Below are positions 38,581 to 52,035 of a stretch of 64,000 nucleotides of DNA, piece by piece. Position numbers and translations under genes: made by a program. The DNA lies in the NCBI RefSeq assembly GCF_963921235.1, contig NC_086097.1, positions 178,500,001 through 178,564,000 of the forward strand. The letters run 5' to 3'. The notes beneath the pieces are model-generated. The model was not told where the DNA came from and made no database searches. It saw only the letters and a list, made by a program, of their open reading frames with translations. Positions within the stretch are counted from its first letter, which is position 1. Every line of letters starts with the position of its first letter. The stretch is from Mobula hypostoma (taxonomy: Eukaryota).

Positions 38581-40221
38581 GATAAAGGTTTGGTTTGGTT
38601 TAGTTCATTATTATGGTCACATGTACCAAGATACAGTGAAAAGCTTGTTTTACATTCTGCTTATGCAGATCAAATCATTACACAGTGCATTGAGCTAGAA
38701 TAAAGTGTAATAATTGGGTCTGTGTGAATGCAAGGTAAGTTTTTTTTTACTAAATCTATGTGACAATAATAAACCAATTAAATACCAGTAACAAACTACA
38801 GCACCATGACCAGGCTTGTAGCCCCCTGGGATGATTGCCCACCTTCAATGTTTGAGGGGCTTTCTCTCCTGACACTGCCCCTCCATGTCCAGTTGCAGAA
38901 GGAGCCCAGACTGTGGTCCTTCCCTACTGAGCCTTTGTGTACTGGCAACACTCATGTCACACCAGTTCGGGTAACTGAAGCACAAACTTACAGAATTCAC
39001 AAATCACTGCCATAAGCTTTTGAGATAGAGAATAAAAATTCTCTGTCATGGAATTTATGTGGGGGAAAAGACTCAAATTGACAGATGTACTTTTTTTTCA
39101 GCTCACATTTCTTGAAGCAGACGTGGAGATGATGTAGTTTCGAATGAGGGAAAATCTTGAAGCAGACCACTTTCCGGTAACATCAGGGTAGCCTGTGACA
39201 CTTGCAGCTTTCCTGAGTGTGTTAATGAACAGGAGGGATTCACAAGGACATTACTAATTATGGTAATGGAGAGAGATTGGTTTTACTGGGGTTACAACTC
39301 TTAACTTTTCATTTCTTTCCCTCCCACTAAGCATTTCTTCTAGGCGAGGCAGTGATTGTGGCTGATGAGATTTCTCTCAGATCTCCTCTAACCCTCTTAC
39401 TCCTTGGATAGTAACTCTGCCTTCTGGTTTTAGATTTCAACCTCATGGGGAAAAGTTTTCTACTCTCTGGTCAATCTGTGCTCTTCCTAATTTTGTTCAC
39501 CTCTATCAGATCTTTCCCCATTCAGCCTCCTCCATTTAACGTTGGATGAACTCAACTTATCCAAGCCTCTCCTTATAACTGAAGCACTCCATTCCAGGCC
39601 ACTCTCCTTTACACCCTGTCCAGTCCAATCATGTCCTTCTTAAAGAAAACAGAACATAGAACAATACAGCAGAGTACAGGACCTTCGGCCTGTGATAATG
39701 CACCAAGCTTTAAATCTGCCTCACAATCAATCTAAACCTTCCCTCCTTTGCAACCCATAACCCTCCATTTTTCTCAAATCCATGTAATAATCTAAGACTC
39801 TCTTAAATGCCCCTGATGTATCTGCCTCTCCCACCATCCCAGCAGTATGTTCTAGAAGCAAGCCACTCTCTGTGTAAAAATAATGTGGTGATACAGTGTG
39901 GTAACCAGCCCATAGGAGGCTGAGAGGTAACCTTGTACAGGGAAAAGACATTGTTTGCATGGGCCAAAGAGCCTGCTTCTGTGCTGTCTATCTCCTTAAT
40001 TTTATGACTTTCTTCCCCACCATGCCTAAAGCTGCTGCACCTTGGTACTTTGAATTGTCAGTCCTGCTCTTAGTTTGTAATAAACCTTTGGATAAAACCT
40101 TGTTGCATGGCACCTGATGGATTCCACAAGCCTCTAGATATGGCCTCATCTCACTTCCCAATCTCAATTCATGTGTGAAGATGATTATGACTCTTCTACT
40201 TTTCCACAGACGCTTCCAGAG

Positions 40222-40398
40222 CTCTAGGAAGAGGTATAGTCGACGTTTCAGGCCAAGACCCTTCGTCAGGACAAAGGGTCTCGGCCTGAAACATCGACTG
40301 TACCTCTTCCTAGAGATGCTGCCTGGCCTGCTGCGTTCACCAGCAACTTTGATGTGTGTTGCTTGAATTTCCAGCATCTGCAGAATTCCTGTTGTTTG
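40222..40398. mobile_element. Young Penelope-like insertion: inverted segment plus 3' end, with hammerhead core
   Basis: 46-bp inverted arms at 40222-40267 and 40270-40315; 13-bp TSD CGCTTCCAGAGCT at 40211-40223 and 40399-40411; the minus strand reads CTGACGA-AGGGTCTTGGCCT-GAAA-CGTC. Confidence 0.85.
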
Positions 40399-40421
40399 CG
40401 CTTCCAGAGCTGCTGTATTTC

Positions 40422-40684
40422 TCCCTCGTTGCTGGTGGCATAGTGGCATTAGTGCCGGACTTCGGGACAAAGGGTCCCGAGTTTGAATCCAGCCGGCTCC
40501 CCTGCACGCTTTCCATCTGTGCTGGGTTACGAGCTGGTGATCTCTTTGGAAACTCACCTGGCAGAAGGCAATGGCAAACCACTGCTGTAACTTGCTTCGT
40601 ACACAGTTCCCCACTATGTCAGAGAGACGTGGAGGGAAATCGTCCGCTAACTGGAGAAACTCCGGATGCGACGTACCTTTCCTT
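40422..40684 (+). mobile_element. tRNA-derived SINE with RTE-related segment (partial antisense copy at about 22925-23040)
   Basis: A box tggcatagtgg, B box gtttgaatcc, internal gaaggcaatggcaaaccact motif; flanking TATTTC duplication. Confidence 0.75.
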
Positions 40685-41016
40685 TATTTCAGATTAACAG
40701 CAAGACTTTGTGCCCCTGTCCAGCTATAGGATGTCATCAGTAATTGAGTCCTGCCAAAGGGTTTCAGACCAAAATATCAACTGTTCACTCTTTTCCTAGA
40801 TGATGACTAGCCTGCTGAGTTCCTTCAGCATTTTATGTGTGTTGCTCGGATTTCCAGCATCTGCAGGTTTTCTGTTGTTAGTGACTGTTTTATTGCCTTT
40901 TTAAATTTCTGTCCTGGTCACAACAATACCATCAAAGGATAGCTTCCTGACAATATAATGCAGAAAATATTCTTCAAGGAAGTCAGCACTAGTCTCATCT
41001 AATCTGCAGTGATAAT

Positions 41017-44000
41017 AAGACCATAAGACCTTTAGACATAGGAGCAGAATTAAGCCATTTGGTCCATTGAGTCTGCTCTGCCATTCAATCATGGCCGATC
41101 CTGCTGAAGGGTCTCGGCCCGAAACATTGACTGTACTCTTTCCCATAGATACTGCCTGCTGCGGTCCTCCAGCATTTTGTGCATGTTGCTTGGAGTTCCA
41201 GCATCTGCAGGCTTTCTGTTGTTTGACTCTTCTTCCCCTCCTCAGCCCCACTCCCTGGCCTTCTCCCCGTAACCTTTGACGATGTGGCCAAACAAGAACC
41301 TATCAATCTCTGTCTTAAATACACCCAACGACCTGGCTTCCACAGCTGCCAGTGGCAACAAATTCCACAAACTCACCACCCTCTGGCTAAAGAAATTTCT
41401 CTGCTTCTCTGTTTCAAATGGACGCCTCTTTATCCTGAGGCTGTGCCCTCTGGTCCTAGATTTCCCCACCATAGGAAACATCCTTTCCACATCTACTCTG
41501 CCTAGGCCTTTCAACATTCGAAAGGCTACAATGAGATCAACCCTCATCCTTCTAAATTCCAGTGATTACAGGCCTACAACCATCAAAAGTTCCTTATATG
41601 ATAACCTTTTCATTCCTGGAATCATTTCTGTGAACATCCTTTGAACCCCTTCTAATGCCAGTGCCTCTTTTCTTAGATAAGGAACTCAAAACTGTTCACA
41701 GTAATCAAGGTGAGGTCCCACCAGTGCCTTATAAAGCCTCAGCATCACATCCCTGCTCTTACACTTTAGACCTCTTGAAATGAATGCTAACATTGCATTT
41801 GCCCTCCTCACCACGGACTCAACCCACAAGTTAACCTGTGTTCTGCACAAAGACTCCCAATTCCCTTTGTATCACAGATTTTTGGATTTTCTCCCTGTTT
41901 AGAACATAGTCTGTACATTTATTTCTACTACCAAAGTTCATGACCATGCATTTTCCAACATTGTATTCCATTTGCACTTTCTTGCCTATTCTCCTAATCT
42001 GTCTAAGTCCTTCTGCAGCCTTCCTGTTTCCTCAACACTATCTGCCCTTCCACCAATCTTCTTATCATCTGCAAACTTGACAACAAAGCCATCTATTCCA
42101 TCATCTAAATCATTGATATACAGGATAAAAATAAACGGTCCCAACACCGACTTCTGTGCTGCCTCCTACCAATCTAACCATGCTAGTAACTCTCCTGTAA
42201 TACCATGGGCTCTTAAGTTGGTAAGCAGCCTCATGTGTAGCACCTTGTCAAAGACCTTCTGAAAGTCCAAATATACAACATCCACTGCATCCCCTTTATC
42301 TATCCTATACAGTACATAATCTCCTCAAAGAGTTCTAATAGGTTCGTCAGGCATGATTTTCTCTTAAGGAAACCATACTGACTTTGTCCTATCTTGTTCT
42401 GGGTCACCAAGTACTCCATAACTTTATCCCTAACAATTGACTCTAACATCTTCCCAACCACTAATTGGTCAGGCTAACTGGTCTATAATTCCCTTTCTGC
42501 TGCCTCCTCCTTTCTTAAAGAGTGGAGTGACATTTGCAATTTTCCAGTTCTCCAGAACCATGCCAGAGTCCAATGGTTCTTCAAAGATCATTTCTAATGC
42601 CTCCACAACCTCTTTCATAACCCCAGGGCGCAGTTCATATGGTCCAGGTGACTTATGTATCCTTAGATCTTTCAGCTTTTTGAACACCTTCTCTCTTGCA
42701 ATAGTAACTGCACTCACTTCTCTTCCCTCACATCTTTCAACATCTGGCACACTGCAGGTGTCTTCTACAGTGAAGACTGATGCAAAATATTCCCTTAGTT
42801 CATCTGCCATCTCCTTGTCCTCCATTATTATTTCTCTGCCCACATTTCCTAGTGGTCCTATATCCACTTTCAACTCTTTTATTTTTTTATATACTTGAAA
42901 AAGCTTTTTCAATCCACCTTGATATTGTTTGCTAGTTTGCTTTCATATTTCATCTTTTCCCACCTAATAATTATTTTAGTTGCTTTCTGTAGGTTTTTAA
43001 AAGCATCCCAATTCTCTATCTTCCTGCTAATTTTTGCTTTGTTGTATGCCCTCTCTTTTGTTTTTACATTAGCTTTGACTTCCCTTGTCAGCTACAGTTG
43101 TACTATTTTGCCTTTTGAGTATTTCTTTGTTTTTGGAAAACATCTATCCTGCACCTTCCTCATTTTTCACAGAAACTCAAGACATTGCTGTTCTGCTTTC
43201 ATCCCTGCCAGCATCTCCTTCCAATTTACTTTGGCCAACTCCTCTCTCATACCACTGTAATTGCCTTTGCCCCACTGATATACTGCTACGTCAGACTTTA
43301 CTTTTTCACTATCAAATTTCAAGTTGAACTCAATCATTTAGTGATCACTGCCTCCTAATGTCGCAGTGAGCAGGGGAACTCAAACGCAGGACACTGGCAC
43401 GGAGACAGAGTTAGGATGCAGAGGAGGGCATGAGCGTGGCGGGAGCTGAACGGCAAACAGGAGGGTGAATGGAAAAAGGAGGAGGCAGGTAAAACTTTTC
43501 TTGACACGCCGTTGCTGAAGCTGAACGGCAAACTGGAGACAGGCGACAGGCAACACTTATCTTGACACGGAGCGTTAAATGGAAAGGCAGATGGCAGGCA
43601 AAACGTATCTTGACACAGAGCGACAGAGTTACACAGGCAAACCTCGGTACTGAAGTAAAACTTAGAATACACAATCCTAAGCAGCCAGGAACGTGAATTA
43701 CCACACTGGCAGAAACAACGATCTGGCGATGAGCGGATGCAAAGCCGGGATATTTATGCTGCAGGTCGAGATGAGAATCAGGTGTGCCGCAATCAAAGAG
43801 AATTAGGAGAATATGGGGAATTAATGGTCAGGACCGTGACACCTAAGGGTTACTTTCCCTTAAGCTCCCTAATCACCTCTGGTTCATTACATAATACCCA
43901 TCCAAAATAGCTGATCCCTTAGTAGGCTCAACAACAAACTGTTCAAAAAAGCCATCTTGTGGGCATTTAAAAAACTCTCTCTCTTCGGATCCATTATCAA

Positions 44001-45790
44001 CCCAATTTTCCCAATCTACCTGCATGTTAAAATCTCCCATGACTATCACAACATTGCCCTTTTGACATGCCTTTTCTATTTCCTATTGTAATCTGTAGTC
44101 CACATCCCAGCTACTATCTGGAGGCCTGTATATAACTTTAATCAGGGTCTTTTTACCCTTACAGTTTCTTAACTCAACCCACAAGGGTTCAACATCTCCC
44201 AATCCTATGTCACATCTTTCTAATGATTTGATGCCATTCTTTACCAACAGAGCCACACCACACTCTCTGCCTACCTTCCTGTCCCTCCAATACAATGTGT
44301 AACCTTGGACATTCAGCTCCAATTATAACCATCCTTCAGCCATGATACAGTGATGGCCACAGCATCATACCCAACAATCTGTAAAAGTGGTACAAGATCA
44401 TTCACCTTATTTCTTATACTCCATGCATTGAGATATAACACTTTGGGTAATGTATCTGCTACCCATTTTGATCCACTGATCCACTGATACTCATCCTGCT
44501 GGCTCCAATTTCATCCTATCATCTGCCTGCTCTTCCTGGCAGTCTGACTGCACGCTATCTTTACTTTTTTAGCATTCATCCTATCCAGCTTCCATCCCCC
44601 TGCTAAATTAGCTTAAACCCTCCCCAAAAGCTCTAACAAACCTGCCTGCGAGAATATTGGTTCCCCTCAGGTTCAGGTGCAACCGGTCACTTATATACAG
44701 GTCATACCTCCCGCAGAAGAGATCCTAATGATCCAAGAAACTGAAGCCCTGCCCCTGACCCAGATTCTCAGCCACACATTTATCTGCCAAATAATCCTGA
44801 TTCCAACTTCACTGGCACATAGCACAGGCAGCAATCCAGAATTTACTACCCTGGAGGTCCTGCTTCTCAGCACTCTGCCCAGTTCTCTAAATTCTTTTTT
44901 CAAGACCTCTTTGCTTTTCCTTCCTATGTCATTGGTACAAATATGTACCAAGACATCTGGCTGCTCTTCCTCCCCCTCCAAAATGCTGTGAATGCGATCC
45001 AAGACGTCCCTGACTCTGGCACCTGGGAGGCAATATAATATTCGGGTGTCCCGTTCACATCCACAGAATCTCCTGTCTGTTCCTCTGACTATTGGGTTCC
45101 CTATCACTACCTCTCCCCTCTTCTCCCTCTTTCCCTTCTGCACCATGGGACCCATACTCAGTGCCAGTAACCTGGTCTCTGTGTCATTCCCCTGGTGGTC
45201 ATCCCCCACGACAGTAACCATAACGGTATACTTATCATTGAGGGGAATTTGCACAGGGATGCTCTGTGCTAACTGCCTATTCACTGTCCCATTCCTTCTC
45301 CTGAGTCATCCAGATACCCGCCTCCTGCAACTTAGAGATGACTACTTCTCTGTAACCCTGAAGGGTGATCTCCTCACTCTCCCGTGGAGGCCAGAGATCA
45401 TCTAGCAGCTGCTCCAGATCCCTGGCATGGTCTTCAAGGAGCTGCAGTTGGATGCACTTCACGCAGGTGTAGTTCCTTTGGAGAATTTGGGTCTTCCTGG
45501 ACTCCAACATCCAGCATAAAAAAACACACAATGGCCATTTACACTACTCTGAGTACCGCTGTCACAGTAAGAAAAAAGGGAAACTTAGCAGAAACTTACC
45601 CAGAGCCAACGCCTCTTCCAAGCCGAAGCCCGACACTCCCACTCTCACCACTGGCCCACTCCCAACAATGGCCGTTCCTCCTGTCCCTTCTGTACCTTTA
45701 TTTACTCCTCTCTGTGCTGCTCCCGCCACTGATTTGGGGCACCAGAATGACACCAAACACTCACGAAGCACTCCTTTTAAAGGAGCGCTG
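41017..45790 (-). mobile_element. Near-full-length decayed CR1 LINE
   Basis: ORF1 (YTCVKCIQLQLL; VHICTND; VVNSGLLPV) followed by ORF2 (YRPPDS, KSPGP, RT motifs) and tail agaccataagacc. It hosts a Penelope-like fragment (about 41098-41225) and a solo LTR. Confidence 0.93.
43359..43841 (-). mobile_element. Solo LTR (probably Gypsy-type)
   Basis: 483 bp with tgtcgc...gtgaca termini; 5-bp TSD CCTAA at 43354-43358 and 43842-43846; internal repeats of tcttgacac. Strand is inferred from a TATA-like cataaata. Confidence 0.88.
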
Positions 45791-46774
45791 CTGATCTGCG
45801 AGAAACCTCCTTGTGCACTTATCCTGCTGCAGACTGGGCTGCCAGAATGTCGGAATAATGACGTTTCTTCTTGTTTTTCCTGAGCAGTTAATGTGCTGTT
45901 TTGCTGGCAGAAAAATGTCAAAAGGATTGTTAATGCACTAGCGAGTCATTCAATGCTTCTGGGTAAAACTCTCCTTCAAGAACCACTGGGAAAACTTCCA
46001 TGTTGCATCAGGCTGTGTATGTGCTGGGCAGCCAGTCATCTGCAAATGTAGAGAGATTCTTACGGCGGGGTGAAGTGTGGGGTTAGGGACATGAGTTTGG
46101 AGAGGGGCTGGGGAAGTGACAATGGAATATAAAGGAAGCTAGTTGTAGATCTCACATACTAAGACCAGGTGCAGACCACTCAAACTCACACAGGATGATA
46201 AGAAGCATAGACTGGACAGACAGCGCCTTTTTTCCAGTACGACAATGGCTAATATGAGCGTACATAATTTTCAGGTGGTTTGAGGAAGGTAAAGGGAGGA
46301 TGTCAGAGGTAGCGTATTTTCACACATAGAGTACTGGATACACACTGCCAGGGTGCTGGTAGAGCTAGATATAAGACCATAAGACATAGGAGCAGAATTA
46401 GGCCATTTGGCCCATCGAATCTACTCCATCATTTTATCATGGCTAATCCTTTTTTGTTCTCCTCAGCCCTACTCCCCGGCCTTCAGTCCGTAGCCTTTGA
46501 TGCCTTGTCCATTTAAGAGACTCTTAGATTAAGCATATGGATGAAAGGAAAATGAAGGGTTACGTGGGATGGAACAGTTAGATTGATCTTGCAGGAGGTT
46601 AAAAGATCAACACAACATTATGGATCAAAGAGCCTGTACTGTACTGTTCTATGTTCTTTGTTCAAACTTGACCCCCCACTCTATTCAACAAAATAATTGG
46701 TTATCTCAACTCCACTTTCCCAAATGTCCTTCTAATCTTTCAGACCCTTGCTTATCAAGCATGTGTCTACGTGT

Positions 46775-47560
46775 CAGACAAATCACAGCTGGTGATGAGT
46801 CAGTGTACAGGAGTGAGATAGGACACTTGGGTGACGGCTGCCACAACAACGGCTTCTCATTCAATGTCAGTAAAGCTAGGGAGGGCTGACTTCAGGATGA
46901 GGAAGAAGAGTGAACAGACACCAGTCTACATTGGGGGATCAGCAGCTTTAAGTTTCTGGGCATTAATGCTACCAGGTGACCTGTCCTGATATCAGTGTCT
47001 TTACTGTTTTTAGGAGGTTAAGGAGGTTCAGCTTATCATCAAACACTCTACAGCTATACTATTGGAAGCAACCTGGCTGGTTTCATCGCTGTCTGGTGAG
47101 GCAGGTCGAATGTGCAGGAATGTACAAAGCTGCAGAGAGTCGTGAGATCTGCCTCACCACCAACTGTAGTGTGAACAGGAGGAGACCCCTCATCAAAGAT
47201 CCCCACCACCCAGGCCATGTAATCCCCCAGCTTCCGTCGGTCAGGAGGTACAGACGCTCAAAGTCTCACACCACTAGCTTCAAGAACAGCTACTTCCCTG
47301 CAACCATTCAGTTCCTGAACCAACTGGCACAACTCTAATCCCACCTGAGTACAGCAACACTATGACCACTGATTATCTTGCATTAAAAAGAACTTCATTT
47401 TTATTTTTGTTCTAATTGAGTTCTTTCTGGTAAAAAATGCATAATTTATGTTTTGTTCATATTTTCTTGTGAATGCTATTTATATGATGTTATGTGCCAA
47501 GTAAGCAAAAAATATATGTATAAGCATGCATACATAACTTGTGCATGAGACAATAAACTC
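46775..47560 (+). mobile_element. Rex1/Babar-type LINE 3' portion
   Basis: DESVYRSEI, IKDPHHPGH and RRYRRSKSHTTSFKNSYFP motifs. Confidence 0.8.
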
Positions 47561-48294
47561 GCATGCTGAATGTACTCAATTTTTCACCCAGGGTTGGGGA
47601 ATCAAGAACTAGAAGGCATAGGTTTAGGGTGAGAGGGAAAAAATTTAATAGGAACCTGAGAGCCAGCTTTTTTGTGCAGAGGATGAAGAGTACATGGAAT
47701 GAGCTACCAGAGTTAGTAGATTAGGCAGGTGCACAGGTACATGGATCAGAAAGGTTTCACAGTTCTAAGTAAATTTATTATCAAAGTATGTATATGTCAC
47801 CATTTATAATCTTGAGATTCCTTTTCTTGCCGGTATTTACAGTAAAATAAAGAAATACAATAGAACATATGAAAAACTATAAATAACAAAGATTGACAAA
47901 TAACCAAAGTGCAAAAGAAGGCAAATTATGGAAATAATAAAATAAATGGAAATAAGTAATAGTTGTAGAGTCCTTGAAAGTGAATCTATAGGTTGTGGAA
48001 CTGCTGCATCCTTCTTGAAGAAACGTGGCTGCAGGACAACACCCCATGCACCATCAATCTTTAGGCCATGCCACTCAAAGACTTGTGCAAATATTACTTT
48101 TTATGACTGTATGTGCATCTTAACTACAGTATATGTGCTGTGTGCTCTGTGTGACTGTATGTTTGTGTGACTGTATGTTTGTATGACTGTATGTACTGTG
48201 TTTTGCACCCTGGCCCCAGAGGAATGCCATATCATGTAACTGTATACATGTGTATGGTTGGATGACAATTAAACTGAACTTGGATTTGAACTTG

Positions 48295-48590
48295 AAGCGG
48301 AAGAGGTGGGAATCGACATGGGAGATGCAAAGGGGGAATGGGTGGGAGGTGAGGAAGAAAGTGGAGGGGAACTGGAGAGGAGATGGGAGGAAATGGAAGG
48401 GAAGGTGGGAGGGAGACAGAAGTAGATGGGAGAGGAGATGACGTCATAGGAGGCGAAAGGAAAGGAGATGGGAGAAATGGAGGAGGCGGGAGAAGATTGT
48501 AGAGGAGATGAGTGATGATGGGAGGGGAGAGGAGAGAAGTTAGAAGATGTGGGAGAAGGAAGGGGGAGATTGGAGAGGAGATAGGAGGAT
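48295..48590 (+). repeat. Polypurine low-complexity tract
   Basis: About 300 bp dominated by G and A (ggaga/ggaag-type motifs). Confidence 0.85.
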
Positions 48591-49380
48591 ATTGGGACCC
48601 AGAAGATTAGGGTGTGCAAACATTCAACCACGTTCTTGCTCAGTGTCTTTGTGAAGAGTTTGTGAGAGGTATGGCAGTGATACCAGGATACAGGAGCAAC
48701 CCACTGTTTCAGCTGGTAAACTAGCAATCCAGTGACTTGAACCGCCAGTCTGAAAAACAAGCTCAAACCTGTTCAGTGTAGCTGTGAAAGTTAAATTTAG
48801 TTCTTTAAAATACTGTGGAATTAAAAAGAAATCAACCTCAGCAACAGTATCCATGTAGTTAAAACCCATCTAGTTCACTGATGTGCTTTGGGGGAAATCT
48901 GCCGTTGTTACCCAGTTTAGACTTTATGTGACTCCAGACCCAGACTGATCGAGCTACTTTCTAACTGCCCTTTGAAGTGGCCTATTGCAGTTGTCCATGC
49001 AGATGATGTAACGACAACTTATCAAGAACAATTAAGGACTGACAATAAGTGGTGGCATCCCGCAATCCCACAACCAAAAGACAGAGTAAAATATACTCAT
49101 TCTGCGGAGGAATGAGAGGTGATCTTGTTTTTACAGGGATCATACTCTTAAAGTAAGGAGTTGGCTGTTCAGGAGAGAAGGAGAAGGTTTCTTTTACCTA
49201 GAGGGTGGAGAATCATTGGATTTGCCTCCCCAAGAGGGCAGTGAGGGTCTATCACTTGAGTGTATTCCAGACAGGGATATTTAGGTATTGAGGGAATCGA
49301 GGGATACAGTGTTACTGCAGGAAAGAGATATGGATGTAAAAGATCACAACAGATTCAAGGTGCTGAATGACCTGTCAGGT

Positions 49381-50275
49381 ATTGGTTTATTACTGGTACT
49401 TGTACCAAGTTACAAGTACCAGTAATAAACCAAGTTAGAAGATGTGGGAGAAGGAAGGGGGAGATTGAAGAGGAGATGGGAGGATAAAGGGACCCAGAAG
49501 ATTAGGGTGCACAAACATTCAACCACATTCTTGCTCAGCGTCTTTGTGAAGAGTTTGTGAGAGGTATGGCAGTGATACCAGGATACCGAAGTGATCCACT
49601 GTCCCATCTGGTAATCCAGTGACTTGAACCGCTTTTGTGTGCGCCATCCGGACAGATCATTACATACGTAATTACACTAGAGAAATAAAAAGGAAAACAG
49701 AATGCAGGTTAGTGCTACAGTTACAGAGAAAGTGCGGTGCTGACAGACAAATGAAGTGCAACAGCCACGATGAGGTAGTGTAGGAGATCAAGACTTCATC
49801 TCATTTATTTATTAATTTATTTATTGAAACAAGTCCACCCAGCCCTTCCAGCTGCACCACCCAGCAACCCATCTATTTAACCCTAACCTAATCACAGGAC
49901 AACTTACAATGACCGATTAGCCTACCGTCGGGTACATCTTTGGACTGTAGGAGGAAACTGGAGTACCCTGAGGAAACCCATGCGGTCACAGGGAGAACAT
50001 ACAAACTTTTGATAGACAGCAGCAGGACATGAACCGGGTGGATGGCACTATAAAGCGTTGTACTGCCCCATCGTATGAGGGGTCCACTGCTGAGTCTGAT
50101 AAGAGTGGGATAGGTGCTGCCCTTGAATCTGATGGCACGTGCTCTCGAGCTCGTCTATCTTCTGCCCAATGAAAGAGGGAAGAAGAGAGAATGTCCAGTG
50201 TGGGAGGGGTCCTTGATTATGTTAGTTGCGTTCCTGAGGCAGCAGGAAGTGCAGACAAAGTCTATGGAGGGGATT
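49381..50275 (-). mobile_element. Rex1/Babar-type 3' end carrying a hairpin plus templated insert and a nested V-SINE (about 49805-50065)
   Basis: CLRNATNIIKDPSHTGHSLF motif; the 3' UTR resembles 54720-54950. Confidence 0.75.
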
Positions 50276-51189
50276 CTGTTGACTCCTGCAGTTGTGAGTT
50301 GAGAAAGGACCTTGTCAGTATTAGAAAGAAGAATCCGAATTGGTTCCAGATGTGACTCACATGCCACCATCATGGGAAATTACACTCTCTGTCTGACAAA
50401 ACTAACCTGACTCTGCCCCAGAAGGTCAACTCCCCGTGCATGTTGGAAACTGTGGCCTTGTACTACTCACGGCAGCCACCCCTTGCCACCACTGGTTGCT
50501 GCAACAACCGCTTGTACCAACGTAGATCTGTATGCACCAGAAAAAGTCCACTTCGCCCATCTGCTCAGGGCTGGTGATCCTTAGTTCCCCTTCACCCTAC
50601 TAAGCCCAGGTTTAAAATGAGTAAGTACTTATCTATTTACAACGAAGCATTAATTAATAAGTTACTTGCGTACTAAGTGTGTTGTGTACTGCCAAAAGAG
50701 ACAACGTTTCTTCGATCCAGGGTGTAAAGCACAGTAGTACGCATAACATACATATAACACGTATGGTTTCTGCAATGCTCAGGATGGGAAACAGCTTCTT
50801 CCCTCAGGTCATTAGGCTTCTGAACTCCCTGCCATATCTCATTTGAAGTGTCACCAGATAATTTGTACTATACTCTACAATATTTAATTTATGCACTTTG
50901 CTTTGTTTGTCAATGCATAATTCATTTGTAGATTTAATTCTTATTTTCCAAAATTATTGTGTGTTATATTTGCTTTACATCATGGTCTGGAGAAACGTCA
51001 TCTCATTTGACAGTGTACATGTATATAGTCCAATGACAATAAACCTAACTTGACTTGACTGTTATTAAGTTACTTACTCGCTGGGGCATAGAAGGAGGTA
51101 CTTGATCCATCAGGTCCATGTTGACTCCGAGCAGAACCACCCCATCAGCCCATTCATCCTGTTGTTCCCCTGTAGCCTGCCACTTATTT

Positions 51190-52035
51190 TCTAAATAGTC
51201 CTTCCAGGTGAGGCAGGCATTCACCCACTCTGACCTTGTTTATCAGATCTGCTGCTCCTGATGTGGCCTCTTCTACACTGGTGAGACACAGACCAAGAGA
51301 CCACATTGCTTAGCAACTAAACTCTGTCTCTCGTGGTTGTCTGGAGCTCCCAGTTGCAACCATTTTCATTCCCTTCTCCATTCCCACACTGATATGTCTG
51401 TCCTTGGCCCCCTTCACTGCCAAGGTGAGGCTAAACACAAACTAGAGGAACAACGCCTCATCTTCCTCCAAGGTAGTCTACAACCTGAAGGCATGAACTT
51501 TGAATTCTCCAACTTCAGGTAACCTACTCCCCCTGTCCCCTTTCTCTCTCCTCTTGATCTACTCATTTCCTGCTACAACCAACCCAGCCCCCATCACCCT
51601 GTTTCTGTCCCTTCCTCCACTCACTCCATCTGCCTATCACCCACACACTCCTCCCTCAGGATCCCTCTCCCCACTTTTCCCATCTGCCAACCCCACCTCC
51701 TTAATTTGGTTCCATGCTCCACCTTCCTCTCCTGTCAGATTCCACCATCTGCAGCCGTCTGTCACCTCCTCCCCTCACCTCCCAGCCTCTGTCACTATTC
51801 CCACTCTCCCCTCCTCCATGTGCCTATCACCCCTCCTCACCTGGAGCCACCCATCACCTACCACTTCTGACTCCACCCCAACCTCTTTATACAGACTATC
51901 TCCCCTCTATCCTTCAGTCCAAATGAAGAGCTTTGACCCGTCAACTGTCCATTCTCCTTCACAGATGCTTCCTGACCTGCTGAGTTCCTCCAGTAGTTAG
52001 TTTTTGCTCTAGATTTCAGGATCTGTAGTTTCTCA
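51190..52035 (+). mobile_element. Penelope-like (Neptune-type) 3' portion with GIY-YIG endonuclease remnant
   Basis: SFQVRQAFT..LVYQICCS*CGLFYTGET followed by HF.S..HSHTDMSVLG..LEEQRLIF..SLQPEGMNFEFSNFR*, then a pyrimidine-rich UTR and the repeated terminal module. Confidence 0.85.

Noticed and set aside
43480..43625. CRISPR-like spaced repeats (tcttgacac)
   Set aside because: These are degenerate internal repeats of a solo LTR in eukaryotic DNA; the spacers are related and there are no cas genes.
51500..52000. Pro/Ser-rich 166-aa ORF
   Set aside because: It arises from the pyrimidine-rich 3' region of a Penelope-like element, where stop codons are depleted by composition.
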